A stretch of 64,000 nucleotides of DNA from Hamiltosporidium tvaerminnensis FI-OER-3-3 (lineage: Eukaryota > Fungi > Microsporidia), in contig CM061246.1 in the NCBI GenBank assembly GCA_022605425.2, forward strand, positions 682,001 to 746,000, read 5' to 3'. Positions 26,184 through 40,087 of the stretch are shown piece by piece. The notes below the pieces were generated by a model. It did not search any database. It was not told the DNA's origin and worked only from the letters and a program-made list of their open reading frames with translations. A program made the position numbers and the translations under genes. The first letter of the stretch is position 1. Each line of letters begins with the position of its first letter.

Positions 26184-29100
26184 TTTTATTTAATAAAATT
26201 CTGGGTTAAAATATTTTTTACCATTTTTTACATGTTTTCTTCTACCTCTTTAACCACTTTTGTCTCTTCTTCCAAATCCGACTCTTCATTTATGTTATTG
26301 GTCGGTTCCTCTAAAGTGGTTCCTCCTTGTAAAATAAAGGGGGCTTTATATTTTGGTTTAAAATTTTTGGCACCATCTTCCTCTGTTTTCGCTTCTTTTA
26401 AAGGGGGTATTGGTTCCTCATGCATCTCTGATCTCATAATAACACCCATTGACGCTCTCTCCCAGCTCTCTTCGGCATTTAGTCCTGACTCAAGTCCTCT
26501 TCGTCGATCAAAGGAAATTGTTTCGACTGTCTTCTTAAGTACTATAGACTGAATGTATGCCTCTACATTCATGGGTATTTCTAGTCTTTTAAGATGAGAT
26601 TTATGGTATTTTGTCACAATACCGTCCCAGGTCATCACATAAGGGATTATCTCAACACTACACTTATAAATAAGGCCCAAATCATTGGCTAGCAGATCAT
26701 ACTTCCTAAGTTTTTCAGTTTCAACTATTTGAAGTGAATCTTGGGAAGTGATTCCTACTTCAATGAGTGTTATCTTATTCTTCTTCTTATCTAAAATAAA
26801 TATGTCCGGTCTGTTATTCCGAATTTTAACATCAGTTTTAATTCTGGTGTCCACTCTTATCTCTGCATACTCATTATCAAGAATTTCTTGAACTGAGTGA
26901 CTCCTTATTCGTTTTGAGGACTTAAACTTATATCTATTTAAGAGAAGTAAGTGTAGGCATCTAACCACTTCATTATGCCGTCTGGTGTAGTCATGGCCTA
27001 GCATTTTTTCACATCGAGTTGCTAGATGATCTACAGTCTTACCAGACTTCCCGCAATGTTGACACACACCATCTGCTCCCCAGAATACATTTCTATCCTG
27101 GATATAGCAGAACACAGCTTCATTTCGTGGCCTAATATTTCCTCTCTTTAGCCATCTTGAAGAGTCACTAACACTCACAAGCTCATTTTTTCTTGCATTA
27201 TATAACTTTGAATGGAGTTTTCGTTTTTCTATTTCGTTATATAGTTTTGCAAGTTGAACTTCTTCTAAACTTTTCTTAGTGACTTTTTCTACCAACCTGT
27301 ACTTTACTTTTAAAAAGATTTTATTAGTGCAGGATGGGTTTTATTATTATTCTCCACTTTGAGGATTGCTGGTCGTCTAGTTGTATTTCTTCTCAATTTT
27401 CAAGACAATCCAAGAGTTACAAATGCATATGTTCGCTTCGCAACTTAACACTATATAAGCCTCTTCCAAGTTCTGTTCTATAAAGGTACAAACACTCGTT
27501 ACATCCTGGACGAAGATGTATCTTATTTTTTTTACCAACACCGCACGCACTGCATCATCTAACTTAGAGAAGTCAGCCGGTTCAAGTCGAAGTACTCCTA
27601 TGTGGTAGTTGATTAACGATATCGCATGTTGATTGATTGCAGAAAATAAATTTTTTGCGTTTAATCTAGTGTGACAAAGTCTTTCAACTCTTGATATAAG
27701 TTTGCTCTGTACTTCTTCAAATGAGCTACGTGTTGGGATTCCTCTGCTATCTTCTATTATTCCTAAATATTTGTAAACACTAACACCTTCTAGAAGAGTA
27801 GCAGTATCTTCACAACACGTATCATTTGTGGCTGACTTCTCTTTGTTAATCTCTAAGCCAATCACCTCTAAAAATTCCTTTGCCTCGCCTGTCATAGCAC
27901 TCAATGTGGAGCTGTCTTTTGCAAGGAGCTTAAGATCATCAATAAACAAGAGATGATTAGTAGAATGGGATTCTGCATCTGTTTGTACTGTCACTTTTGT
28001 GTATTTTTCATTAAGCTTTCGGCTTAATGGATCCATACACAACACAAATAACAAGGTGACAGACTATCTCCTTGCAGGATCCCTCTATCAATCTTCTTGC
28101 TCATGATTTTTTCAGGCCCTACTGATATATCAATTTTCCATTTTGATATAATTACCTTAATAAATTTCAGGATCCAATCAGGTAAATTAAGGTTTTCAAT
28201 GCATTGAGTTAAATAAGCATGATCTATTGAATCATAAGCTTTTTTAACATCAATCCATGTTGCCTTAAGATTGTTTCCGTACTCTTTATTTAAGGCAATA
28301 TTCGTAGAGCCTGCTCTTTCGCTCCCTGCACACCTCTTACCGCCCCTAGTTGGTTCTCTGCAAGCAACCCTCGCCTTTCCACTTCAGTTGAACGACTTTC
28401 GTTACACACTTTGTCGTTAACTTATAGAGGTTGGACATACAAGTGATTGGCCTGTAGTCAGAGCCTCTTCGTGGAATTCCTTTCGGTATCAAATACGTAA
28501 GCCCGCAGTAAAACCAATCAGCTTGAGGTGTTCCTTCTAAACATATAACTTTCACAATATCATAAAGATATTTGTGAAGAGTTGTAAGTTTCTTAATGAA
28601 AAATTGTAGATACCATCAATTCCGCAGCTTTCCAATTAGGGGCCAATTAATGATATTCACAAATTCATCAAGTGAAGGAAACGTGGTCGGATGATTATCT
28701 GATACAAATGGAATCAAATAATCATCGTACGTGACTGTGTCATCATTTTGTTCCACATTGTAGACCAAAACTCACAATTTCATCACGGCTAACCCATGCT
28801 CGGATTCCACACGCTCAGATAACCCACGATAAAATCGACCTCGGAAAAGCTCAAACATACGATCTCTTTTCGAATTGCTTCCTCTTTCTGATCGTATTTT
28901 TTTCGTAAACATTCAAAGACTCATTCTTCTTAACTAAGCCTCAGAAAGATCAGTTACGCTGCTCAAGTTTAAATTAAACTCTCGCATGATTTTCTTAAGG
29001 CTCTTCGTTTCCGAAGTGGAGAGCTTTTCCTGCTTACGAGCCTTCTGAGAAGATCTTTGGAAAGTACTAACTTGAAATTTTACTTTCTATGTTTTCCTTC

Positions 29101-29854
29101 CAGCGGATCTAGGCTTTTTTTGCGTGTTGCCTCGTCATAGCATACCTGCGCAGTTGCATGATATACGCGGCTTCCGTAATTGACTCGGTACATGAGCTCC
29201 TGCATATTCACCGACTACTCGATTAATGAGATCCGACTTTCTATCAACCATTCATTTGGATGTTTTCTAGTTCGGACCACTACTTTTCAATTTCGTTCTC
29301 GAGATTTCTTTGATTTTACTCAGAATTTATCTCTCGGTTTATGTACTCCGTGGTGTCGGTCGGTGCTGTATCGCGACAAGTGGCGATTCTCGTCGCTCTC
29401 CTTCTCTTCTGATTTTACATCCTTTCCCACTCCTTTGCCAATTTTTAACACTTGTTTCGCGCCGAATTTCTCTTATAGTACCTGTGGCTCTGCCGCCTTT
29501 CTGTTCTTTCAAACCTTGTCTGTACTGCAAAAAAAAAAATTCGAGGCCCTTCCTTCGGGGCGGTTTTTAAAGAAAAAAAAACCCCCCCCAATACCATTAC
29601 CCTTTTCCCCTCCGGAGTAAATAAAAGACGGGGGTTTTTCTAAAATAAGACCCCCCGCAAAAAAAAAAAAAAAAAAAAAAAGGAAATTTTTTAAAAAGAA
29701 AAAATATAACCCCCCCCCTTTTTTTTTTTTTTATTGCATTTTTTTTTTGGGGGGGGGGGTTTTTTTTTTGTGGAGGAGGAGGGAGGGGGGGGGCGCCCCG
29801 GTTTTTTACATTTTTTTTTTTCACTTTCATTTTTTTTCCCCTCATCCCCCTCCC

Positions 29855-29865
<11 letters not shown>
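26184..29865 (-). mobile_element. second near-full copy of the RLE non-LTR retrotransposon
   Basis: Reverse complement closely matches 14415-18147. Intact CCHC/RHN/RPDI..IEVG in ORF 26228-27295; many 1-nt deletions toward its 5' end. Confidence 0.92.
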
Positions 29866-29886
<21 letters not shown>

Positions 29887-29925
29887 TTATTTTTTTTTTT
29901 TTTTTCTTTTTTTTTTTTTTTTTAG
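29530..29925. other. homopolymer-rich low-quality sequence (probable base-calling or assembly artefact)
   Basis: Runs of A/C/G/T that remain co-linear with the retrotransposon 5' region, ending in a ~60-nt T-rich tract. Confidence 0.85.
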
Positions 29926-31179
29926 ATAATATCTTTAAATTTTTTATAAATAATGATTCAGCAAAAAATTATACTTCGAAATCCGATTAATTTAAATTAT
30001 ACCATATGTTGCAAGATTAGGTTAGTTTAAAGGAATAAATATCTCAATTATTATGCAAATAATGTAAATTTTATTATTTTAAAGAAGGCGCTAAGTTTGA
30101 AATACGTTCTCACGAAGGTACATGCGATTTCTGTTAATAAAGTATTAATAACCTAAAATCCATGCCTCGGATAAGTTAAATAGCTGTCTATGTTCATATT
30201 TAAGCTAGGTATTTGGTCTAACCTTCTTCCATGTCTGACTGAATTATACCACTATGGTATCGATTATGAACACCCTTTCTCTTAGAGAATTTTCACATTT
30301 TTTAATTACTGTTTAAGATTTATGAAATTTAAGCTACAAAAATAAAATATTTTGTGGTATAAATAATTCAATACTACAATATATAATATTTCTACGATAA
30401 AATAATTCAAAAGAAACTTGCTATTTAATTGTTTTGAATGAAAATACAAATCCTAAGTAACAGATCAGTTCTTACTGATTTGAGAAATATACAGACCATT
30501 GGTGTTAAATAATGAAAATTCATAGTAGAATGATTGACTAAATATACATCCGTTTAATAAACACAAATTATAATTCATAAAAAATGTTTTATTTGGGCGT
30601 ATTTACCAGAAAAAACTGTATGAAGTTAAAAATGAAATTTATACTTTCAAATTTACAAATGAATATGTTTCGGTGACAAATCTATTTTGAAAAATATTTA
30701 AGAAAAAAATCTATAAGAATAATTCGAAAGATCTAATTATAATTTCTTTTTGAAACTTGTAAACTATTTTTTAAATCAGTATTTGCCAAATATGAGAATT
30801 CTAGAATTTTTGCGAATAAAATAAAACCGTTTTCTTGTATTTCATTTATAAAAAGCAACCCAAGTTTTTGCTGTATATTTAAGTAAGTTGATAAAAATAA
30901 AGAAATGTGTAAATAAATGAATTGAATCAAAAACCGACTTAAAATATTTTTCCTATCTTATACCATAAATAAAAATAAATTCAAAATAATTTCATTTGAT
31001 TTATCATATAAAGGAAAGATAGATTTTTCTATAAAAAGCTATAACAACAATTACGTTTATTTTCTTAAAAAATTGATATTATGCATCTAGATTAGAATGA
31101 AAAGAGACTCATAAGATTTTTATAAAATGTATTAAATTTTTTTGAAGAAAAAAATTTAAATCTCTTAAAAAAATTACGC

Positions 31180-33178
31180 ATGAATATATTTTTTTCGATT
31201 CATATCATAAATATTTGTTTTAGTAATATTGAGGCATCTCTACCTCGAAAAAAAGCAAAGCATGAGCACGTAGAACATATCGGAGCAGAATATTCCGAAA
31301 GAAAAAGTAAAGTCGAGAGTGCAAATGATTGTGGTTTTGAAGAATATAATGGATTGAGACGATCAAACAACAGGAAAGAGCTAGAAGGGGCAAAAAATGA
31401 CAATAAAGAGCAAAACAGGGAAGAAAATTTAACATTAAGTTCTCAAAATAGTTTCTTTCAGAAAAATTATCTATTCCCGAAGAATACAGAAAGCAAACCC
31501 GTAGATAAGGCTTCTGAAGTATTTGGTATCGGTGATCAGGCGATAAAAAATCTTCAGAGTTTTCCTAAGACGAAATTACCGCCATTCCGAACGGCTTTCC
31601 CTAAAAAGTTTTATGATTACGACTCAGCAGAATCAATTAAAACTAAACCTATGGCACAAAGCGTATCAGAATCGCAATTTCCAGGCCTCGATATCTATAC
31701 AGGATCAGATAATTTAGCAAAAGAGAATTCTCACAATTATTTTTTCGAAAATAAATTTTTTTGTTCAACTAATGCACAAGAACACCGCACCGAAGTAGTA
31801 AACCAAGATTCGGAACTCAATGAAGAAATCAATTCGAACTTAGGCGAAAATACTGGTCCATTAAAAGATTATCATGCACAAAAAGAACATGATATGGGGA
31901 TTGATTTTTTAAAAGCACACGAGTCGGTATAGCCATAAAGTGATATTAGCGCACAAGATCGAGATAAAGCTATCGAAAATTTTGTTATACAAATGGAAAA
32001 AAGGGTCTCTGTTGACCTACAAAACGAACTAAGTTCAATTATACAAGAAGAACTGAGTAGCAAGATCAATAAACACGACAATTCAACTGATTCTGATTTA
32101 ATGGAGCCTGGAATTCTATCTGATCTTCTGAATAAAAACTCAATATTTTATCGCTTTGAATTTAAAACAAATGAAGACCTTGAAGAAATTTATAAGAATC
32201 GTGACAGGCTTGTAAAATTTGAGCATTATACTTATTTTAACCTAAAAAATTTCGACGTAATGCAAAAAATCAAAGGATAAGATTTACTCAATTACTCGCT
32301 TGAACTTAAAAAAACCGAAATTCATCTTATTGTTTCTGAAATTAGATATCTTATTTCTACATTTGAAATGAAAAAAGATCACAATATTGCAAAGGGACAT
32401 GTTTTATTGATACATTATTATTATAATATCATCAAGATTTTGGGAAATCTGATTTTTGGAAATAATCAAGAGGCTAATAAAGAAAAACATGAGGAAAAAA
32501 GATACGAAGTAGCAGCTCTAATCCAGAAAAGAATTTTTTTTATGAGGAAATTACTTTCAGAATTATTTATTTTATTCCAAAACTATATTAATAAGGTTAA
32601 AATATATAGAATTTTAAACATGATAAATTATTTTTCTACCGTAGTTAGTTACACAGGCTCATATTTTAGAAAAAAATCATTATATTCTTAAAATGCGGTT
32701 TATTTTTAGATTTCCATTCGATCTCGACTCAAAACCTAATAATATCTTTTTAGCGGAAATAATTCATGAAATATACTTCAAAAATATGAGTTATCATGTA
32801 GAAATATACTTTCAACAAAAACTGACGGCTCTTTTTTATGAATATTACTGTATAAACATTTATTTTGACAACGTTCTAGCTATTATTGATAGTTATAAAA
32901 TTTATAACAATTTATTAAAGTTTTTAGAATTAGAATTTTGAGAATTAGAAAAACTTAAACAAAAAACATGTATGGAAAGTATGACAGGTTATAAAAACGT
33001 AAGGTTAATTGCAATGTTAAAAATATACATAGAATTGGAATGCAGAGTAACTTATTTAGAAAGGAAAATTTGGTCGAAAGATATTTGTTTCCTAGTTTTC
33101 TTCGGGCATAACAGCTTTGAATAGTGCATTAAAAAAGTACATAAAAATATAGATGTACATCATAAAAAAGCTTTATAG
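31180..33178 (+). pseudogene. pseudogene of a ~660-aa putative secreted protein
   Basis: Signal-peptide-like start. ORFs at 31180, 31993 and 32368 share one frame separated by isolated stops; frameshift at ~32690; frame continues past the TGA at 32941. Confidence 0.75.
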
Positions 33179-33807
33179 AAAACTCTATAAATTTGATTTA
33201 ATAACATCTTAAAGCATATTTTTATTTCTATATAGTAAATATTTTCAAGTTTATACATTTAATTTTCCAGTTCACATTAAACCCAATGCTTTTTTAAAAG
33301 TTATCATCAAATTTTAAATTCTCTTCAAATGTGTTGAATTAAATGTATATAGAATTCTGTGCTCGCTAGTAAACTGATTTTTGAATTCAAATTTGTATAG
33401 TAAATTTTGCCTTATATTTTGAAATTGGTTATCGATTTTTTCTAGAAACGTTTCCTGGCCCAAATTATTTATTTCATTTATTTTTTTCCATTATTTTATT
33501 TTTATTTGTTTGAATGACAAAAATAATTTCAATTAAAATTCCTAAAGTCAAAAAACTAAGAATTACTGTATAAGATTGTCATTATCGCTCATGTATATGA
33601 AAATTTTGCATTTTCTAGTTACGCTTTGGTTTTCCAGATAAAGTCGAATTAAAATACAATTATGATAAGAAGGCGAAACTAAAAACGATTAGGTTGATAA
33701 TCATAACTATAACACCATAATTTTATGTCATTTAAAATCGAACTTTTTAGCTGTAAAGAACTATAAATAAATTTTAAATTTTAGGAAGCGGAAAATTCAA
33801 TAAATAA

Positions 33808-34520
33808 TTATTTTATCAATCAATCTCGCAGCTTTTGATACAAGTGGCACATATTATATAGATTTCATGGAATAAACGCTGCTCTATTTAGCCTATAACT
33901 ACTTTCAAGACAGTTCAGTATTCTTGGGATATCTAAATCTCAAAGCTTTTCCTTTAAGAAGGTGTGTAAAATCCGATTAATAGGCGAGCAATTACCTGTA
34001 TTTCGTTATGAATTTTTAGAGGCTGCGTGATTGCAAGTTAAAACCTCATCTGAACCTAAAGACATTCTAGCATTCTTACCTACTCTCACTTTCCTAGCGT
34101 AACAAACTTCTAGTTACGATATGTACTCGAGACTTAAATAGAGTTCAATCGAAAAGCAGAAATGGCATATCAAAAAGTATAGCCTGATACCTGGCTTCCC
34201 AGCTTTGATTTTTATTTTTGTATCTTTCTGTCGCTAAGTCTTCTAACCCGAGTGAGCAAGGCTAGGTTTCCATGCTTTTACATGGCAATTACCTACATGT
34301 TTATCTGCGGTCTGCAATCTGGTTACATAAAAAACTACAAAAAATTTGTAGAAAAAGTTTCTCCATTTCTTAGACCTCCTTTCCTCATAACAACTCCCAT
34401 GTAATAACCGAAGATGTAGTGTGGTTTTATTCCCACCAAAAATCCAAACAATGACCTCACACTAGTTTTACACAATCACTAGTCAGCAGAAAGTTTTTTA
34501 TGTGGTTACCTTCCCTCCAC
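33808..34520 (-). repeat. ~700-nt structured element, mosaic copy
   Basis: 34232-34520 is close to the young copies; 33808-34230 is clearly homologous but much more diverged. Confidence 0.85.
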
Positions 34521-34554
34521 CGTTATACGGTTTAAAATAATCAACTAATTTTAA

Positions 34555-36915
34555 TTAATTTTCTCCATACTTCATTATTATTATATCGATATTTTTTGGT
34601 TCAAATACTACTTTCATAAATTGAATAAATTCTTTTGATAAATTATCGTCTCTTTTGTAATATCTAAGTTTTATATAAAATTCATTAACAAACATCATTT
34701 TTATAAATTTGTACACCTTCAGATAAATTTTGCATTTCCAAAAATCGAGTTCTTTAAGCTTCTCTGAGGTAGCAATAAAAATTAAATCTTTTTCAATAAT
34801 ATTGATTTGATTAAACTTCAATCTTTTTATGGTATATTCTCGTGAAGTACAAAACAAGTCTGAAAAACAAATATATTGAAATTTTGTTCTATTTAGGTTC
34901 ATCTCCATCAGATTCACTAAATTAGTAAATGTTTTTACATTTGATTTGTCAATAGAAAAATCACAGAGGAACAGCCTCTTTATATTGCTTAAATTATATT
35001 TCCGAAATAGGAACTCTAATGAAATTGAAAGACATTTGATTCTGAATCTAAAATATCTGTGTTTGTGGCTGCAAAGTAAAAATTCTTATTTTTTTTCCGA
35101 TAGTTTCAAGAAATTTAACGTTTTTTCAATATCCTAAAGAAATAAACCCGTGATATAAAAAATTCGTGTATCAAAACGGCATAACTTTAAAGTAAAGCTT
35201 GTTTTGAAAACTATTTCTTGAGGAAACATCATTGATTCTATTAGCTTATAAAAATAACGATGATTATCAACTTTGTTTGAAGAGAAACAAAAATATTTTA
35301 TAGATTCGTTTTTAATGCTGATTTTGTCTTCAAGGTGTATATCAGAATCTATTATTTCTAAAAATTCAAGACCATTAAAATCTTAAATATTATCTAAAAA
35401 ATTCGAAGATATTGTCGAATTGCAATTTCAATTTCTTTTATATTTTTTTCAAAAATAGTACCTTTAATTGTAAATTTTCTAAAATTTAATTTACTTAAAT
35501 TAATTGAAATATTATTAAAATAACCATTATACTCATAAAAACACCTGAATGCGAAACCGTCGCATATAAATTTTAACACTTCATTGATTTTAACTTTACT
35601 CTTAAATTCATCTCTTTTAAGTAATTTTCAATAGAAATTTTTATTTCTTGTCAATATTTTGACATTATGAATAATTGATTTTGTGTTACAAATTTTTGAA
35701 ATGGATGCTTTATATTTTGTATTATATTCTCGCCTATATCAATATTTTTTAAATCTTTAATTCTGAATACTTCATATCCTTTGTCTGAAAGCATGTTTTC
35801 ATAAAATATAAATCCGTTTATCTTACTTAAATTATGATGAAAAGATAAACTAGTTTTTATTTGCGATTTTATTAAAATAATATTTTTTAAATCTACAAAA
35901 TTAATATTATTGTTAATTGATCTGATAGTTTCATCATATATTGAACCCATATAGAATAATATATCATCAACTTCCTTTTAAGAATTTTAAAAAAAACAAA
36001 CAGTCGTCAAATTCTTTTTGTTTAGATTCTGTATATGTAAATATCTTATATCTAATGTATTGAGAAAGAGAATAAATAACTTTTCGCTTTTTCGATTGCC
36101 AGCCACCTTTCTAAAAAAAGATTCAATTTGTCATTTATTATCAAAATATGCTTTTTATCATTAGCATATAAACCTTTACAGTAAATAAAAAAGTAACTCA
36201 GATTTTCATTTGTATAATACGAAATAACTGAATTCATGTCAAATTTTACAATTTTACAATATTCCTGTGTATTTTTTTATATAATACGTGTGAAAAATAG
36301 TCCTGCTTTGAAAAATGAAACGATACCTTATTAATATCCATAATATGTATTTTTTTGGCCTCTACTAAAGAATACAAGATTGTTTTTATCACATTTCGCA
36401 ATTAAATATCATATTTAACTCTAAAATATTCCAAAAACCACAATATTGTGTAAAGCATGTCAATCGTCATTTTATAATGTGGAAAATAATATGAAATTAG
36501 AAACTCATAAAAGAGTAAGACTTCGGATTTCTTTATATGATGACAAAAAAATATTTCGATGTTTGAATTCACAGCGTAGAAATTTTCAAATATTTCGAAT
36601 TTTAGACCAATTTTCTCAATAGATCTTATAATGCATGTATCATATTGCTTATCTTAATTTCTAATAAACATCTTTCCAATCAAAGTTTTTTCTTCTATTT
36701 CATTTCTCTTATCTCTTTTGATTTGACACAGACATTCGGTTTTTATTTTTTTTAGAAATTGATTCTATGCATGATTCATCACAATTACTTAAGAAGTTAA
36801 ACACTAAATCATTTTCAATCGAATTTTTAATCCACATGAAAATCAAAAGTTTATAGAATAGCTTTATGTAAGAAAGCAATAAACGCAATTTCATATTTTT
36901 TTTAAAAAAATCCAT
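34555..36915 (-). pseudogene. fragmented pseudogene of a large LRR-like, signal-peptide-bearing multigene-family protein
   Basis: Series of same-strand ORF fragments. Hydrophobic N-terminus; C-terminal LxxLxL-type segments (LMEMNL, IKRLKFNQINI, LKELDFWKCKI). Confidence 0.65.
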
Positions 36916-37384
36916 ATTTATATTTTTAAAAGCAATTTACTATTTTAGTTTCTAAAAAAATCTTTGTACATTTTATTCAATAAGAGTCCAGAATGTGTCC
37001 ATTTTATCAATATTTTCCATAATTTCGTAAAATTTCGTAATATTTATACCATTTAAATAGTCTAAAATAAAACAAACATCATTGTTTCTTACATAAAAAG
37101 TCGTAGATTTCACGTACCTTCGTTATATCATTCAAAAAATTTACCAAAATTTTTTTATGTTCGATTGCTCTCTGAAAATTCGAGAACAAAAATTAAGAAT
37201 TCTTTAGATTTTACTCAAGACTTATATAGAAATGGATAAAATTAGATTATTCCTACAATAAGAATTGTACTTCTTAAAATGACAGTTTTTTTGATTCGTT
37301 TACTTTATTATGAATAGAAGACAAAAAAATCAGAAAAACATTGATAAAATTGAAAACACATATTGTTAATTCCAATGTTAAATA

Positions 37385-37966
37385 TCGAAAAAAAAGTATT
37401 TTTCAATTTTATAGAGTAGGAATAACATCACAAGACTGATTTTAAATAGTTGAAACAGCGAAGTTAAGAAGTATGACTTATTAGCAAATATTTTAGACCA
37501 CTTTATAAATATAGCCTGGATATAATCCTTATGTGATAACCTGGGACGGTATTGTAATTAAATACCATAATACGTATGGCAAAAGACTAAAAATACTCAT
37601 GAATGTATAGGGCTACATTCATTCGATAATACTTAAAAAGACAGTTGAAACAATTTCCGTTGATCGACGAAGAGTATTTTAGACAAGACCAAATGCGAAG
37701 AGAGCTGGGAAAGTGCTTCGATAGATGTTATTGGAGGAGCTGAAATGTACAAACGATCAACACTCCATTTATGATAAGCATTCTATAGGAGTATGGTGAT
37801 CCAGAAGCAAATGCAAAAAATATTTTACTCCATATTTTAAGAAGAGAATATCACTAGATGAACCGAAAATAAATACAAAAAAAGATTCGGATCTAGAAGA
37901 AGAATATTTGATGTTTGAAGGGGCAAAAGGATGTGTTTTTTAACCTAGGATTCTATTAAATAGAAA
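37385..37966 (+). mobile_element. old 3' fragment of the RLE retrotransposon
   Basis: Decayed IEVGITSQ / KLRKYDLLAN / YVITWDGIV segments; terminus ttttaacctaggattctattaaata. Confidence 0.85.
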
Positions 37967-38309
37967 ATTAATTTCTTTCAAGTTGTTTAATTTTTTTTTT
38001 AGTTTTGCAAAAATTTCTCGATTTGAACTGTGGATATTCCAATTTAAATCTTCTAATTCTTCGCAAATTGATGCTATTTTCCACCAAAATCGGTTTAATT
38101 TCAGCCAAAAAAGTACAAATATGAATTTGAACAGAACCATAGGATTTAACATGTATGATGATCTGCTAGATTTTACTTTTGGCCGGGCTATAATTCAGCA
38201 GGGGGTGTTAGAAAACGTAGATCGTTTTAAAATACAACAGAAATTAATTCTATTCTTATTATTTATTACAGTCTAAAAAAAAGTTTTTTTTATTAATAAT
38301 AGTTAGTGT

Positions 38310-38520
38310 GATTTTTTTCTCAACCAATTAAACTTTTGAATGTATTTACTGTTCTAATTCTGTATGCGGTTAGTGTTTGTGTAAGATTTATGAACAAATC
38401 ATAAGATTCATATTTTTAATCGAAACACTATTATTGGTTTTATATATTTTTCTCAACCAATCAAGCGTTCGCAGTGAGTTGTCACCGTCCAAGAATTACT
38501 GAATTATATAAATGCTAAAC
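38310..38520. repeat. family-2 dispersed repeat with internal direct repeat
   Basis: tttttctcaaccaat occurs twice (~38313 and ~38447); homologous to 48790-48995 and 25432-25640. Confidence 0.65.
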
Positions 38521-38937
38521 TTAGTGACTTGTAAAATAAGCAAAAAATATTTAGAAAAAAAAATAACAAATTCATATTTAAACAGGGTTATTATGGAAAT
38601 TTTTAATAAAAAAATTCCTTATTTTTAAACAATTAAGAGCAATTTCGAATAAACTAGAACTATTTCTTATACTTCTTAAATGCAACATTTGCATCTATTT
38701 GAAATATTTTGCTATATTTTTGAGAAAAGCAAAAATAAATTTATAACAAATTGTGGGTTTTCTATAAACAAAACGCAGACCAAAATTTCTAACAATTTCA
38801 TAGAATATTTTTGTACTTCGAGAGTATTAAAACCAACCTAAAACAGTATCAGATTACTTGCGACCTTAAAAAAGGATATATAACACAAAAGTTTCATGAA
38901 CAAATAATAAATTTATAGGACAGTTTTTTAAAACCGA

Positions 38938-39540
38938 ATGATATTTACGTCAAACCTATTTTTTTGCATTCTTTGTGTCTTTTCGTTGAAAAGTATAAAA
39001 GAATTAGAAAATAAAAATGTAATTATTTCTATGTATGACGATCCACAGATTAAACTTCGGATAAATGATAGTTTGGTTAGATTTAAGCAAACTAAACGCG
39101 TATCAGACGAAGATATTGCAGTGTTTAGATCGATAGATACAGAAAATTATAAAATTCTTTTTGGTACGATCGGTCTGTGTTCAGATTCAGATACCTATCA
39201 AGTTATAGGATGCACACTTCCTAAAGATACAAGTAACGGTTGGAGAGTAGTTTCACTCACCAATGGATTCCAAATCAAAAATGAAAACAATTTTTGTTTA
39301 AGTAAAGATATAAAAACATCCAATTTATTAGAAAGTATACCAACATGGAAAGTATACGTTTTTCCATGCTCAGAAAACAACGAAAATCAAAGATTTCAAA
39401 TCAATGAGGAAGCCAACAGAAATACGGATTCCACAAAAAGTTTATCTTTGAAAAAAAACCAAAACATTTCTACTAAAATTGTAATTCCATCACATGATTG
39501 TAAGAGTAGCTTTTCTCCTGTTATTTTATACGGATGTTAA
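38938..39540 (+). CDS. secreted ricin B-type lectin domain protein
   Basis: Signal peptide; beta-trefoil signatures GLC, GC...W, FQIKNENNFCL, PC...NQRFQI. This family is expanded in microsporidia. Confidence 0.8.
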   Translation: MIFTSNLFFCILCVFSLKSIKELENKNVIISMYDDPQIKLRINDSLVRFKQTKRVSDEDIAVFRSIDTENYKILFGTIGLCSDSDTYQVIGCTLPKDTSNGWRVVSLTNGFQIKNENNFCLSKDIKTSNLLESIPTWKVYVFPCSENNENQRFQINEEANRNTDSTKSLSLKKNQNISTKIVIPSHDCKSSFSPVILYGC

Positions 39541-39804
39541 TAAATATTTTTATCACGTTTTTGATTCAATCTTAAAGAAATTTAGATTTTTTAAGTAAGT
39601 TAAAATATTTTTTTAGTAAAATTTTATTGCTTTATTTAAAATATTTTTTTAGTAACATTTTATTGCTTAATTTAAAATATTTTTTAGTAAATTTTTATTG
39701 TAAAAATCGAAATTATTTGAATTTAATAAATATTTTTTACATTAAATATTAAATATTTAAATAGAATCTAAGTTAACATAACTTATAATCAAACCATTGT
39801 ATAA

Positions 39805-39953
39805 AACTTAATTAATTTTATAATTTAACATTCTGCTTCAAACTTTCATCTTCAACCTTTAATGGTCTCAATAGTATTTAACTTAATTAATTTTATAATT
39901 TAACATTCTGCTTGATACTTTCATCTTCAACCTTTAATGGTCTCAATAGTATA
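39805..39953. repeat. 75-bp tandem duplication
   Basis: ttctgctt...ctttcatcttcaacctttaatggtctcaatagtat at 39831 and 39906. Confidence 0.93.
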
Positions 39954-40087
39954 TTAACATATATTAATTATCTAAAAAAACAAAAGATATGAAATAAAAT
40001 TCTGTCCACAAATAATTATATCTATAAAATATTGCTGTACCACGAAAATAATTTAATTACAAAAATACTAAATCAAAGTCCCACAAA

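Noticed and set aside
29597-29929. Poly-Phe/Lys/Gly/Pro ORFs
   Set aside because: Translations of low-quality homopolymer sequence.
31930-33123. In-frame stops as evidence of stop-codon reassignment
   Set aside because: All three stop types occur along with a frameshift, and conserved genes in the window are uninterrupted and end in TAA or TGA.
38170-38192. Tc1-like TIR (acttttggccgggcta)
   Set aside because: No partner inverted repeat found.
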